From NCBI GenBank assembly GCA_013239625.1, contig MU053810.1, positions 6,358,122 to 6,422,121 on the forward strand: DNA of 64,000 nucleotides, written 5' to 3'. Shown piece after piece: positions 1-63,416 of this stretch (positions are counted from its first letter, which is position 1; every line of letters starts with the position of its first letter). A program made the translations under genes and the position numbers. This stretch comes from Lama guanicoe (lineage: Eukaryota). The notes under the pieces were generated by a model that saw only the letters and a program-made list of their open reading frames with translations, did not search any database and was not told the origin of the DNA.

Positions 1-1602
1 AAAATGTCAGACTTTCTGGACAGTCCATTTCTATCACAAATGTAGTTATATTTAAGCGGGTTAATCAGGCTGCTCTGATGTCTTGGTTATGTGCCTTCCT
101 TGTCTGCAGGTAGAGCAGATGGGTGGAGCGTTAGGGCAGGTGCAACAGTGCATGAAAGAATGGAAACTGACTTCATTAACCCAGAAGAGTCCATTTATGG
201 CATGAAAGTAGCAGCATGGATGACATGTTTCCACAGTTGAGAACTTTATGTATCAAGGCACAAGTTAGAATGCACAACTACAAGGCACAACTACAGAGAT
301 AATTAGCTATATTTTAATCAGTGATTCAATGTAAACACTAACATAAAGGTATTTCATTTGATCTTACACACAAAGCGGTGTTACCTTTTGTGTTGTGACG
401 CTGGTAATGTGTTTCACTGTGTGCTAGCCCAGTATATTTGAGCTCCTGTATCTACATGTTGAAAAGAGCATACAGGTCTTTTAGGCTGAGAAAACAAACG
501 CCACACTCACCTTGAACAAGCTGAAGATGCTATAACTGTGGAACCCCAAAAGCAAATGTCAAGTTGGCTGGCACCGTAACGTGCAAGACGATAAAAATGG
601 CAGTTAATAATATCAAGGGTTTTCCCAGGTTATCTTTAGACATAGCGAGCCATTTTTCTCATAAGTTATCACTTGTAATACCATGAAATGTTAGATAAGT
701 TCAATAGTTCACAGATTCTTTTATTCTGATTGCTTGCTGCTTTAGTGGGTGGATGAGGTAGAGGTGAATGCTTAAATGCATCAAGTCTGGGAGTGGACCA
801 TTCAGGACTTAACAATGTAAAGGACACCAATTACACTCCTGCCCTCCTTCCTGTTTCCTGTTACTTCACACTCTTGACCCAATGCCCGAGGCTTGGAGGT
901 GCTTACAAATACTGACATTACCAGCAGAGGTACAGTGGCCCCTAGCAGTCCAGTTAATGATCCCTGGAACTGGGTGGATATTTGCTGTGGTGGTGGTTGT
1001 TTTAATATGAGAGGTCCTGCCTCCTTGATCTGTCATCTGAAAAAAGTGTCTCTCTTGTTCTGGATAACAATTTTCCATAATACAAAGTTATGCTGGAACA
1101 ATGCTGAGTGACAGACCCCTTTTACACAACCAAGAATCAAATAATGCTCTGCCCTTGAATTCTCAAGCTAGTGAGGACCCCTTTTCATTCTGGGTCAGCA
1201 TCTCCCTCTGGGAGGTGGTATGTGTAAGTTGGTTCGCAGTTACAGGAACTCCTAGAGGAGGAAATACTGTCCAGGCTTATTTCATTCTTGCCTCTGTTAG
1301 AATATTGTGATGAAATGCAACTCAGTGATATGTTTTTCCAAAAATTATTTAAGATGGTTTACAGTAAAAGCAATTACGTAATTAAGGCAATAAAATAGGA
1401 GTTGTAAATAAGGACCAAAGAGGGAAAAGGAGATGTGCATTAAGGTGGAGTCTTACATTGAGCTGTTTCATAGTTTCCCAGGCTCTACAACTAATGGGCG
1501 TGGGTGAAACTGCATTCTTCATCGTGAACAAGGATACTGTGCTTCTTGGAGGAGGATTTAATATGAATTTCATCACATGGGGCTTTATATCAGGGGCGTT
1601 TA

Positions 1603-1998
1603 CAGGCAGACCTCAGAAATATTGCAGGTTTGGTTCCAGGCCAATGCAATAAAGCGAGTCACACAAACGTTTGGAGTCCCAGTGCATGTAAAAGTTACGT
1701 TTACACTATACTATAGTCTATTAAGTGTGCAATAGCATTATGTCTGAAAAAAAATGCCTACTTCAATTTAAAAATACTTCAATTGCTAAAAGCACCATAA
1801 AAATGCTCGTGGAGGATTTGAAATATTGCAAGAATTGCCAAAACGTAACACAGAGACAGGAAGCGAGCTAATGCTATTGGAAAAATGGCACCAATAGACT
1901 TGCTGGATGCAGAGTTGTGACAAACCTTCAATTTGTAAAAAAACAAAAACGAAAACAAAACAGTATCTCTGTTACGCACAAAACATGAAGTCTGTCTG
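1603..1998. mobile_element. Internally deleted Tigger1-type (TcMar-Tigger) DNA transposon
   Basis: TA followed by CAGGCAGACCTCAG at the left end; inverted ...ATGAAGTCTGTCTG at the right end; internal text (GCAATAAAGCGAGTCACACA, CTATTAAGTGTGCAATAGCATTATGTCT) resembles both Tigger1 ends. Confidence 0.8.
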
Positions 1999-3871
1999 AA
2001 CCGCTAAGACCAACAATGTTTTCAATCAGAATTTTGAGAGGACAGACTACACACCTGAAATTTGAAGTGCAAATAAAGTAGCAAATGTCCCATAGCAGTT
2101 TCTTGCACTTGAGTGAAGAGGAGAGAAAGACAAGGAAACAGAGGTGACTTAAGGAGGAGGTTTTTCCCCCAGTGTGGCTGTTTCTTGAGGAGGCCTTTGA
2201 AAGAACCAAGAACTTCTCTCAGAGGACAGAAGATCACCGTTCCTCAATCAGCTGCATCTCACTCCCCCTCCCTCCCACCTGACATAAAGAAATACATTTG
2301 ATGGTAAAACTTTAAAATTCATCTCCAGTACATCATGGTGGACACAATCTTACTTCCCTTTTGGACATTCACTAATACATTATATACTCAGAGGTCTTCA
2401 CAGGGATGAAGAGGGCTGCCAAAATATAGACCAAAAAAAAGGGGGGTGACCTTGGATTGGCCAAACCACCAACTGCCGTAGCTGAGAGAAGGGTCCGGAG
2501 GAGATAATAGGACCGGAAAGGTCCTGAGAAGTGGCGGTGCTCCTTACTCAGTTTTGGAGGAAGCTGCATCGGCCCTGAGTCATTTCTGCTGATGGCTGCA
2601 CAGCTTCCGAGCATCAGAGCAGGCAGCACGCACCGTGACGGCAGGGCGAAAGGGCCCTCCCCTACAGGCATGCTTCTCAGCCTCAGCTGACTCTCATTTT
2701 GCACACAGCAATGGCAGCATCTCCCAGATGGAAGGGAGTAAGAGCATCAAAGCAGGGAAGAGAGCTGGTCCTGCTGGCAAGGCAGTCAGAACGACCACAG
2801 GGCGTGGTGATGGCCAAGGAGAGACAAAAGCTGCAGAGACAGTCAGACAGCCATATGCACAGCTGCTCGTGTCGGGCAAGTGTGAGGGGTGTCACGGCCA
2901 CAGCTTGGCAGCCCCCGAGGGCCTTGTCTAAAGTATGTCGTGCGTTGTTCAGCAAACAGCATTCTCGTTACGAGCAACAGCGGGGCTGTAAGCGTGCGCA
3001 GAGCCCCTGCCTTCCTAGGGCTGATCGCCCACCAGGGAGAGCCAGGCGGGAGACGAGCAGATACACACTCACACGTGCTACTGAAAGAGCAGGAAGCTAA
3101 CTCACAAAAGGGCTTCCCTGATGCTAAGCTGTTTGCTGATTCATCCTGACTTAAAATTCTCGCAACCTGCTCTTGTCTTTTCTCTGACAAACCCTCATCT
3201 CTGCTTCACTTGCTCAACTGCTTTTGTGCTAAACAGCCCCCAACCTTCCCACTACACTCTCCACTCCCTGTACATTCTTGACCCAGAATAACTTGTCCTT
3301 TAGCCCAGAAGCTGTGTTCCAGGAAGGTGGTCATGGGCTGAGAGCCTCAGAAGAATGAACAGACCCTTGGGGGTTTTTCCGTGATGCCACGTAGATTCAT
3401 CGCAGCACCCCGGAAAACAGCCTGACTGTTGTCACAATGTACACCCCTCACTCGAGGCCTGGAATTTAAAAGGTGCTCAATAAGTATCTCCTTCCCCCTC
3501 TTCCTTCTACTTTCACCATAACTGGGGCATTTCCACTCACATCCCTCTCTGGAGAGCTCCCGCTCTGATGCACTTCCCTTTCTGGGGTGATATTTGCACA
3601 TCAGCTCAGATTGAAGGATGAACAGAGCAAACTTCTGGGAGGACAAGGGGGTTACAGGACTGTGGCAGAGGCGTGGACCCTGAGGAAGAGGGCCCTGAGC
3701 AGAGCCAGTGCCCAGACAGTCAGCCAAGGGAGGGACAGGGAACCAGAAACCGAGGGGGCGTCCCCTGCTACAGAGCCCTCCCTGTGGACAGGACTGGTGC
3801 GGTCAGTTTCCACGCTGGCCGGCTGTGAGGGTGCCATGGCTTCCATCTGATAATAAGAGGGAGCCACTTAC

Positions 3872-53512
<49,641 letters not shown>

Positions 53513-56309
53513 CTATAACAGGACATGATACATGTAGGAACACTCACTTAAAATCATACAAATAATGTGTAGCTTAGCAGCAAGTACCTAAAATTCTACT
53601 TTACACATGTTGTAATAAATTGCTCCCTATGACTTTGCCCTTACACGGAGGGTATTTTATTTTTCTCTTCCCAGAACCGCTAGTTCATTAGAGTCAGCCC
53701 GGGTGATACTCGAGGTACTACTCATAAAATAAGTTTTCTAGTCTCTATACTAGAATTTTAGGCGTCTCAAGCTTTCAAAGTGTTGCTCATAAGCAGTAAT
53801 AAAATTATGTTCTAGAATTTATAAATATTAATTAGGTGTATCTTCAGGTTATACTCTCTCTAATTTGAATCTTTTATCTAATTTCAGAAATACTGAATCT
53901 CTCAAAAACATTTACATAACTTTTCAGTCATGATGACATTTACATTGTTTGGAGTGAACAGCCTGGGGGAGGGGGGGCGGGTCACAGGAACAACCAGTGG
54001 ATTGAGAACCAAGAACACAGAGGTTCCCATCTGGGCTCTGCCACTTAACTAGCCGTCTAATCCTTTGGAATTCTGTTACTCTTTAAACTTCCATTTTTCT
54101 CATCTACTAAATGGAAGGAACAATCTCCATCTAACAAAGTAAAAATGTCTGGTACATTAACAATCATTTGCTGTTGAGAATATTGTGATGTAAGATGCAT
54201 AAAATAAAAACAATGAACGATTACTGTAAGATGGTGGTCTCAGCACAACACTGGGGCTGAGGATCTGCTTTAGAAAAGGGACAGGAAGAACTGTCCTGCA
54301 GCTTTGCTTCTATGACTTTTGCCTTCATACCGGGTCCCCACCCCAGTGCTGCAATCAGTACAAGGGAGGCCAACATAACTTCTAAACTACGACTTGGAGG
54401 GTACTCACCAGTTCTCAGGTGATAAAGCAACTTTGTACTGGGGAAGTGTATCAGATAATCACTGACTGGGGCAGAATGTCCTGCACCATTCACAAATTAA
54501 AATTACAGGCCATTTTCATTACTGTTTTGATAAATTCTTTAATGCATTAAATATTTTCATTGGACACCTTATACTAAGGTACTATGACAGGTGATAAAGA
54601 GATGTTTGAAACAAACTCCCAGCCCTCAGTGGATTTAAAATAAAATGTGACTGATAATTTCAGTAAACAAATATTGAAAATGCAAGGTAACATAGGTTAG
54701 ATAAATGCTACATACACTGTCCTACAAGGAGTTCAGAGAAAGAGAATTTATTTCTGGCATTTTCATGGAAGAATTCAAGTGGGGCATTTAATAAGCCACA
54801 CGTTTCATCACTACTTTTGGAGCCTTATGAAATTGAAGCCTTAGCTCGAGAGCATCATGGGGGAAAAAACACATGTAAATTTTTAAATAAGACAAAATTT
54901 GATAACATAAAAATGAGGCAGAACCCATTGATCTAAAAGGTGGATCACCTGAAAGACACTCAGTTTGCCCAGTACAAAAAAATGGAAACAATGTTTGAAG
55001 TTTCACAGCGTTCTCACTTGAAGGTGACCTTGGGAGATGTATGCAGACCTAGAATTACTTGACTGCCAGACACATTATGCTGACAGCAGATTACAGCTTA
55101 AATGGCAACCGCAAAGTTCAAAAGAGGCTTTGTATGTTTCATACATAAAGTGGGTGAGGTTAAGGTCTAAATCAATGCATCTGTCACTTCTATTTGCCTG
55201 TGTCAAAATCCACCGAATGCTTTTGTGGCAGGTTGTACAGAACAGAGATGAGTAACTTGGAAAACAACGGGCTTAGACCTTTAAGAAATTTGTTAGCATT
55301 ACAGACTCCGGGCAAATCAATGGAGAAAACAGGCTGTTACCCAGGACTAAAAGCACTTTTAGGAAAATCATCCTGCCTAAAACAACATACTTTGTATTTT
55401 TATAGCTGCTATGATTTCAAAGCGTTTCATTATTTTTCAGCACATGTGGGGAAATACAGCTCATCTAACTATTCAGAAAGTCCTCTGCTAGGCCCTGTGC
55501 ATTAAAAATACATTTAAAGCAGATGAGCAGGGTTACTAACTGCAGCAAAGCTGAGCTGTTTAGCATATATAATCCCTACTCTGTTCAGATGGCCCGAATT
55601 TCCTTTTGCAAAAAGGTCGATGAATAATTATTTTAAGTATATATCAAGGAGAAAGGAAGTGAAAAGCCTTGGATGTTAGAAAACCTCACGCCCGAGTGAG
55701 TTAAGGTCTCCTTGTTTTGCACTGAATTTTGAGTGTGAGTTGTGGAAGGACACAGTAGCAGGAAAGCCTGCAGAAGATGCACCCACAGCTACGACCTAAA
55801 CAAGTGCAAATATTTAGGGCCAAAGTGTCACCCCAGGAGAAATTTGAAATGACTACATTGAGTCCTCAGGCTTACACGGCAGCGTGGAAGGGTGGCCATC
55901 ACAGGCTGATCAGGCTGCAGGCTTCCACGTGGCTTCTAGGGCAGGTGACAGTGTAAGTGTGGACTACTCAGTACAGATCCATAACACAATAAAGGCGTGA
56001 CGTGTCACTGGGGTCTCACCTCCTCAGAGAGACCTCCTCCCAACTCCTGGTCTAATCCAACAAGCCCCCACCCCTTCTTCGACTGGTCACTATCTATCTC
56101 TCCCCAGCCGTCCTGCTTTAAATTATTTCAGTATTTCTAGCATTTCTCCTTATTATTCTCCCTCTCTCTCATTAGAATGAAATCTTGATGAGAAAAGGAA
56201 CTTTGATTCGCCTCTGCACCATTCTCCTCTATCTAGGGAGACTTGGGCATGTTCTGTAAATTACGAGTGAATGAATGAATCTGTGAGTGACTCTCCTGGG
56301 AAATTATCT

Positions 56310-57865
56310 TCTTTCTCCCCCAACTTTATTGAGATGTAACTGACATATAACATTGTGTAAGTTTAAGAGGTACAGTGTGTTGATTTGATACACCTTATAT
56401 ATTGAAAAATGATTACCACCATAGAGTTAGCTAACACCTCCATCACATCACATAATTATCACTTCTTTTTATGGGGTGAGAACATTTAAGATAAATTCTC
56501 TTAGGAATTTTCAAGTATATACCACAGTATTATTGACTATAATCACCATACTGTACATTAGATCCCTAGGACTTATTCATCTTAAAACTGGAAGTGTATA
56601 TTCTTTGACCATCAGGTGCTGGTAACCACCATTCTAGTCTGTTTTTATGAGTTTGACGTTTTTGATTTTCACATATAAGTGATACATATAGTATTTATCT
56701 TTCCCTATCTGGCTTATTTCCCTTAGCATAATGCCGTCAAGGTCCCATCCATGTTGTTGCAAACAGCAGCATTTTCTTCTTTCTCATGGCTGAATAAGAT
56801 TTCATTCTGTGTGTGTGTGTGTGTTTGTTCTTAATCCATTCATCCTTTGACAGACACAGGTTGTTTCCATATCTTGACTATTATTAATAATGCTGCAGTA
56901 AACCTAGGAATGAAGGTATCTCTTGGAGACCCTGTTTTAATTTCCTTTGGATACATACCCAGAAGTGGGATTGCTGGATCACATGATAGTTCTGTTTTTA
57001 ATTTTTTGAGGACGTTCCATACTGTTTTCCATGGTGGCTGCACCAATTTATATTCCTACTAACTTAGCCGTTTTTCCCCCACACCTTTGCCAACACTTGT
57101 TATCACTCATCTTTTTTTGATGAAAGCCATTCTAGCAGCTGTGAGGGGATTTCAAACTGCATTTGCCTGAAGATTATTGTTGTTGGGCATCTGTTCATAT
57201 ATTTCTTGGCCATTTGTGTGTCTTCTTTGGAAAAATGTCTATTCAGTTCCTGTTCCTGTTTTCAGATCAAATTGTTTCTTTGTTGATTTGCTGTTGAGTT
57301 GTATGAGTCTTTAATATACACTGGATATTAATTCCTTACAAGATTTATTATTTGAAAATATTTTCTCCCACTCTGTAGGTTGACTTTTCATTTTGTTGAT
57401 GGCTCCTTTTGCTGAGCAAAAGTGTTTTAGTCTGGTATAGTCTTACTTGTTTATTTTTGCTTTTGTTGCCTTTACTTTTGGTGAAAATCTAAAATAAAGC
57501 ATTGCCAAGACTGATGTCAAGCTTACTCCTACGTTTTCTTCTAGGAGTTTATAGCTTCAGGTTTTATATTCAAGTATTTAATCCATTTTGAGCTAATTTT
57601 TGTATATGATGTAGGAAAGGAACCCAGTTTCATTCTTTTGCATGTGTCCACCCAGTTTTCCCAGCATCACTTATTGAAAAGATTATCTTTTACTTATTGT
57701 GTATTTTTGGCACCATGGTTGAAAATTAGTTGATCATGTACACTTGAGTTTATTTCCAGACTCTCTGTTCTGTTCCTTTCATCTATATGTCTGTATGTCC
57801 AAACCATACTGTTTTAATTACCATAGCTTTCTAATACAGTTTGAAACCAGGAAATGTGATGTCTA
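56310..57865 (-). mobile_element. 5'-truncated L1 (L1MA-like) ORF2 C-terminus and 3' UTR
   Basis: Minus-strand [39 protein letters not shown]1 3' end CTTTATTGAGATGTAACTGACATA at ~56325. Confidence 0.92.
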
Positions 57866-58189
57866 AATCTGAAGTTTCAAAACTATTTTCCTGAAATCAA
57901 GGTTTCAGTCAAGGAGTTTGGCTTCTGTGATATTTTAGTTTTATGCAAGTTGGTTATATTCAGTAACAGGGCACACTGAATTCTTACACTAAACTCACAC
58001 CTGGGAAATTAAGTCATGTCCTTCTCATGTAGGTGTGTTCATCATCTGACACTGATCCACAGTTTTAGGTATTTTAGAATCTGGAAATATTATGGGTTGG
58101 TTTAAGTGATCCTCAATATTTATTCTCCTGTATTTGCTGTTTCAAGCTATAAATCAGTATCTCTTTCATTTTTTAATAAGTTCAGCCCA

Positions 58190-58412
58190 CTTTTTTTTAA
58201 TTTTAATAATACATTTTATTTAAGCCAAAATATCCAAGATGTTATCATGTCAGTATACAAAAATAAGACACGGGATATTCTACATGCTTTTCTTCATGAT
58301 AAGTCTTCAAAATCTAGTTGTTCCGCATTCCTAGCACACCTCGGTCTGGACCAGCCACAGTTCAAACACTCGTGGCCGGACGTGGCCAGTGGCTGCTGTA
58401 CTGTACGGGGTA
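58190..58412. mobile_element. MER3/MER33-like hAT element, followed by a MER20 fragment (~58450-58560)
   Basis: TAATACATTTTATTTAAGCCAAAATATCCAA...AAGTCTTCAAAATCTAG...GTGGCCAGTGGCTGCTGTA. Confidence 0.7.
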
Positions 58413-60620
58413 GGTCTAGAGTGTTCTAGTCTAGAAACCATCCCCCAGTCTGGTGGTTCTCAGCCTGGGCTGACTCGGCCCCCAGGGGACACTGGACAAC
58501 ATCTAGAGACATTTTTGGTTGCCAAGATGGGGGTGGGGGGCAGGGGGGCAGGGATGAAGTGCAGAGGAGGAGTCAGCATTTCTCTTCACGGTGGGCAGAA
58601 CCCCTGCAGAGCAGTTACACCCATTACGGCCATGTAGCAGCACTGAGATCCCCCAGTGGCTCCCAGTCCCCAGAAGCCCTGCATACCAGCTGTCTCCTTC
58701 CCTCCACCCGTAACCACCATTCTGACTTCTAAAGCAGGGCTGTTGGCCTCTCCTTTCAAACTGTGCACTGCATTCTTGAGGTCTCTTCCCCCAACCTTGT
58801 GTGAGTCGTCCTGTTGTTGGGTGTGGTCCTAGACCCACAGTGCTGGGTGGGACATTCCACTGTGTGCAGATACCACACTTTATTTGATGAGCTTCTTCAT
58901 TTGCATTTGGGGCAACTCGCTCCTTCGAGTGGGTTGATGGTCGCTGCCTCCCCGGCCTCAGGGGTCCCCGTCCGGGCCGGCAATGCCCATGCAGCAGAAC
59001 TGGACTTAAAGAGGCACGACGCCTCCGTCATTCGCCCTAAAATACGCGAGGACAGGAGATCCTGCCCCAGAAGCCAAGTGCGCACCAAAGGTCAGGCGCT
59101 CTCCTCAGCCCACTTTTCAATGCTTTTATCCATTTCAAGTCATGGAAGAAGAACGAATGGGATTTATATTGGATGGAATTTGGAATTCACCTAGGTGTGT
59201 GGCACTGTCTCTGTGTAGATCATGCAGACGATGCTACACACTAAAATTCCTCAAACATTTGTGGAGCACGTACCAGGTGTATATTTAGGGCTGAGTGGAG
59301 CTGGAGAAGGCAGAAATAGAGATGAGAAAGGCAGAGTTCCTGTTCTTTAGGGCACAGCAAAAATGCTCTCTTCTTTTCCGTTCCAATCCTTAAGTTACAT
59401 CCTGGGATTTCTTTGCTTTTGCTGTGTTCTCTTTTTCAGTTGCTCCATCTATTCGCTCTCCAGTTGTCACAGTCTCTGTTACCACTGCCACCTGCCTTAG
59501 CGCTACTGCTTTCTCCAATTTCCTTCTTTCCTGACTTAACGCTGATTCTCCTTGGTCTTTCACATGAAAAGACTGACTCACTCACTCTCTTTCCCTCCCT
59601 TCCTTCCCCTCTCTCTCCCTCCTTCTCTCTTTCTTTCAAACAGATAGAGTATGTTTTCTTCTCTACAAGAGAATACTTTGTTAGATCCTTGGTTCTTCTC
59701 AACTTTGCTGATTTGTTTGCTCACGAGAAGAACCCTGGATGGGTATCCTCTACTCTCAGGAGCCCCCAAAATCCATCCACATATTCATCCATCCTTCCAT
59801 CGATGGAAGGTCCATCGATCCATCCTTCCATCTATCTGTTCAGACCAGCGACTGGGAGACACAGGCCACAGGCCCTTCCTAGAACACGGGACACAGCCTT
59901 CACCTGTACCTGCCAACCATCCAAACAGACAAAGAAACAAAAATGGAGACCTGAATTCTGGTCCTGGCTTTGTTTAACCAGCCTGTAACGTTGGGCAAGT
60001 CCCAGGGAGACCTCTGTATCTACGACATGGAAATGATCTTATTTAGGTTTCAAAATGCCAGAACGTCCTGAACATGCTGTGAAACTTAATGAATAAAGGT
60101 CTGTTGACAGGGGAAGGAAGCCACAAAAACACATTTATTTTCTCAGGTCTCTCTTTCAGTAAAAGAATTCCTACTCACCAACTGCTCACATGAGTACACA
60201 TAGTTATTTGCCCACGTGGAAAGAAACCATTGAGAAAAATCCTCTTTCTAACCATTGACAAAAAGCCCCTCTTCATTCTAAGAGAAAGATTTTACATGTT
60301 GAAAATCTGGATTTGGGGTGCTGTCAAGGTGAATTGAGTACGTTTATCAGAGTGAACAAAGAAACTGCCACTTTTTATTCTGAAATAATTTTAAACTTAC
60401 AGAAAAGTTGCCAGGATAGTACAAAGAACCCCCATGTACCCTTTATCCAAACTCCTCAATTTCTAGCATTTTCCCACATTTGCTTTATCATTTGCTCTCC
60501 TTCTGTACATAGATTTTTTTTTTAGTAATAACATTTTACTGAGATAAATAAGTATTTTAAAAAACTAAAAATGAAGAAAGCAAAGTGGTACATATGCATG
60601 CTGTAAAAATCTAAACTCTT

Positions 60621-60632
60621 TTTATTGAAGTA
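60621..60632 (-). mobile_element. 12-nt L1 3'-terminus micro-insertion with a perfect 17-bp TSD
   Basis: TAAAAATCTAAACTCTT at 60604-60620 and 60633-60649 flanking TTTATTGAAGTA. Confidence 0.75.
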
Positions 60633-63262
60633 TAAAAATCTAAACTCTTGATGTCAAATAAAATTTATGATTGGATATCTATTTCCTTCTGTATTTTCTA
60701 TTCAAAGCTGATATCAACAGTCCTATTGATTTTTACATTAATGTTAATTGCAAGCCACAGGGAATGCTGATCATCATTAACCTGAGATGACATAGGCCAT
60801 TAATCCAGAATTTGACAAGTAACCTAATGAGAAAGTATTTTGGATAATTCCTAATAAAATATACTTGTTATATTTTACACATGTTTAATGAACTTTGGAG
60901 AACGGAGATTTAAACGATGCCCCCAGAACAGCTCCCTTTTTCAGAAAAGGCGGTACACAAACATATGTTGAGATAAAAAGTTTCATCTAGTCACTTTATG
61001 TGTATGGTTCCTATCCTTGAAAAGTCTTGAAACCCATAAAGGATTTTACAGATTTATATTCTATTGACAGGTATTGGTTTAGGATAAGAGGAAGTTTCAG
61101 TTCGGAATTCAGAAATGTAGTTTTCTCTGCACCAGGATCCCTTCCACCTTAAACTATTTCTCCTTTATTGTCATGTTTAACTCTTTACCAAAAACTTTTA
61201 TTTCGTTTTGTCAAGATTATGCTCTAACCTCACATGTAGAAAACTATAGTAACTGCATATGGATCTATGCTCTTAATTGCATATTTCATTCAAAATTTTT
61301 CTTAATCATAATTAAAAGATTTTTTAAAAATACTGCCAAATTGTTAAAATAAATACCAGAAATCCCCACATCACATGGGGTGCTAACCAACTTAGTTGAT
61401 GAAAGAGAAACAGAGTGTGGGCAGTCCAGGTGTTGAGTGAGGGATGGGGGATGGGGAAGACACAGGAGCCCAGGAGGCTGCCTGCAGGAGCCAGAGGTGG
61501 AGAGTGCACATTCACAGCCAGGAGATGCCCAGCGATGCTCCACGTGCACCTACTCATTTGGGTATCAACTTCCACATTCACTGAGTGTGTGAGAAGTTTA
61601 AGGAACATCTGCACGTGATCTCAAACAGTAACCTCTTACTTGGCTAAGCTTTTATAAAAGAAAATGTATTGTCTGTCAAGGGTTTCTTAAATGCACAGCT
61701 GTCTTAATGCTTAAGGAAAATGCCTATAAATGGTGCCCCCATAACCACACACATATGGTGTGTGTCATAGGGGAGAAAGCTGGATATAAAATAAAAATTC
61801 ACACTTGCAAACAACAATTTGCAAGCACTTAGAAGGGGTTTGTATTAATTTACCCACACATTTTTTTTATCAGATGACTGATTCTTTTTACTTTACAAAT
61901 GTTAAAAAACGTTGAAAATATAGATACTATATAAATGAAAGAATTTTTTCTTCTTTGTAATTGTCACAAATTATATGTTGGAGCCCACACTCAAAATCCC
62001 AAAAGCTTTAAACTTTAGGATATGAACAGCTGGAGATAAAATTCATACACATCACTTTCTGTGAGAGAAGCCAGATCCATAATTGCACTTATTGTTCCAT
62101 TATGTGCTGCAAATAGCTTCCTGCTTATAAAATGACTTCTGACTTTTAATTCTAAATTCATGGGTGCATATATAAATTATATATATATGCAAAAGCTTAT
62201 CCTCTTAGGGCTTATCCAAGTATTAATAGCTCACTTTAAAAATACACTTTAGTGCAGTTAATGGCCAGAAAAACGTGCTGCACTCCTGGATCAGAAAGCT
62301 AATCTGAGGTATAAATAGGCCTACGAGGAAGTAGAGTGAATCTTCAGGACCACAGCACAATGCTCTGTAGCATCCTACGGAGTTCTGGATGCCTAACAGC
62401 CCTACAGAACAATGACATTTGTTCCAATTCAAACTCATGCCCATGGGGGACTAATCAATGGTTGGTGTTCCCTTGATTTGAATTGTGAACTTCTAGAGAA
62501 CAGGGCTCATTTCTTTTTGTATGTTCTATACCACTATGATTACACCACCGTGCAAAAGTAAAAGGAGAAAACCCACAGCTGCAGCACCAGCGTGACACTC
62601 ACTCGAAGAGAACTTCAAGCTTTCTGTCGCACTTTCATTACTGCTGAGCTCTCTTTCATATGGAAGAAAACCAGAAAATAAATAAAACCAAACCCAACAA
62701 AAGCAAAATCTTGGCTGCATGATTACCATGGAGATTCAGCGTGAGGGCTACTGCAAACAGCTACCTTTCTTATCAGAAATCCAATGGCTTGTTGGCTGCT
62801 CCTTGAGCTGCTAATTAAAAGCTTTTTGAAAAATATGAAAATAGTGTGCACCAAAATAATCCTATACAAAAGGATCAGGGAAGGCTGAAATATGGATACT
62901 CCATCCATGGAATTAATAAAATTGAGAGAAGAGCATACACTTTTCAGTTGCAACTTACTTAGAGGAGTCATTACTAAGAAGAGTCTAGAGTTTTAAAAGA
63001 TTACGATCATACTCCTCTTTGTCTGTTTGCAGGGGTGGGGACCTAGATTATTATCCAATTTTCAAACTATCATTTTCAAATATAGATTGTTCCTTTAAAC
63101 TTTATTAAAGTCACATGGTTCTTCTAGTGCTGTAAGAGCATGGGAGCTTCAAATATTATACTGCAAATATTATATTCAAATACTAGCTTCAAATGAAATA
63201 TCAAACTTCAGAAAATTTTCAGAAGCTATATATTATACACAGTAGGAAATACTACTACTCTA

Positions 63263-63416
63263 TCTTAGAAACAATGATCAGTACATACATGTAAACTAAA
63301 AAATATGTGCAGTATATTTTTATACATATTTACACACAATGTATTATATATGTGGAAATTGTAATGCAGTCAAATTGTAACAATTCTACCTATTAACTGA
63401 AAAATGAAAAAAAAAA
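63263..63416 (+). mobile_element. 5'-truncated retroposon tail, homologous to 45854-45999
   Basis: TCTTAGAAACAATGATCAGTACATACAT(A/G)TAAACTAAAAAA...GCAGTCAAATTGTAACAATTCT...poly(A); AAATACT-type imperfect TSD. Confidence 0.8.

Noticed and set aside
2372..3190. Cluster of overlapping 90-130 aa ORFs in a GC-richer patch
   Set aside because: ORFs on both strands are expected from the higher GC; no recognisable protein, poly(A) or TSD. I looked for the next MYO3A exon here and did not find it.
59413..59988. 191-aa ORF
   Set aside because: Non-ATG start; L/S/P-rich product of pyrimidine-rich low-complexity DNA; no recognisable domain.
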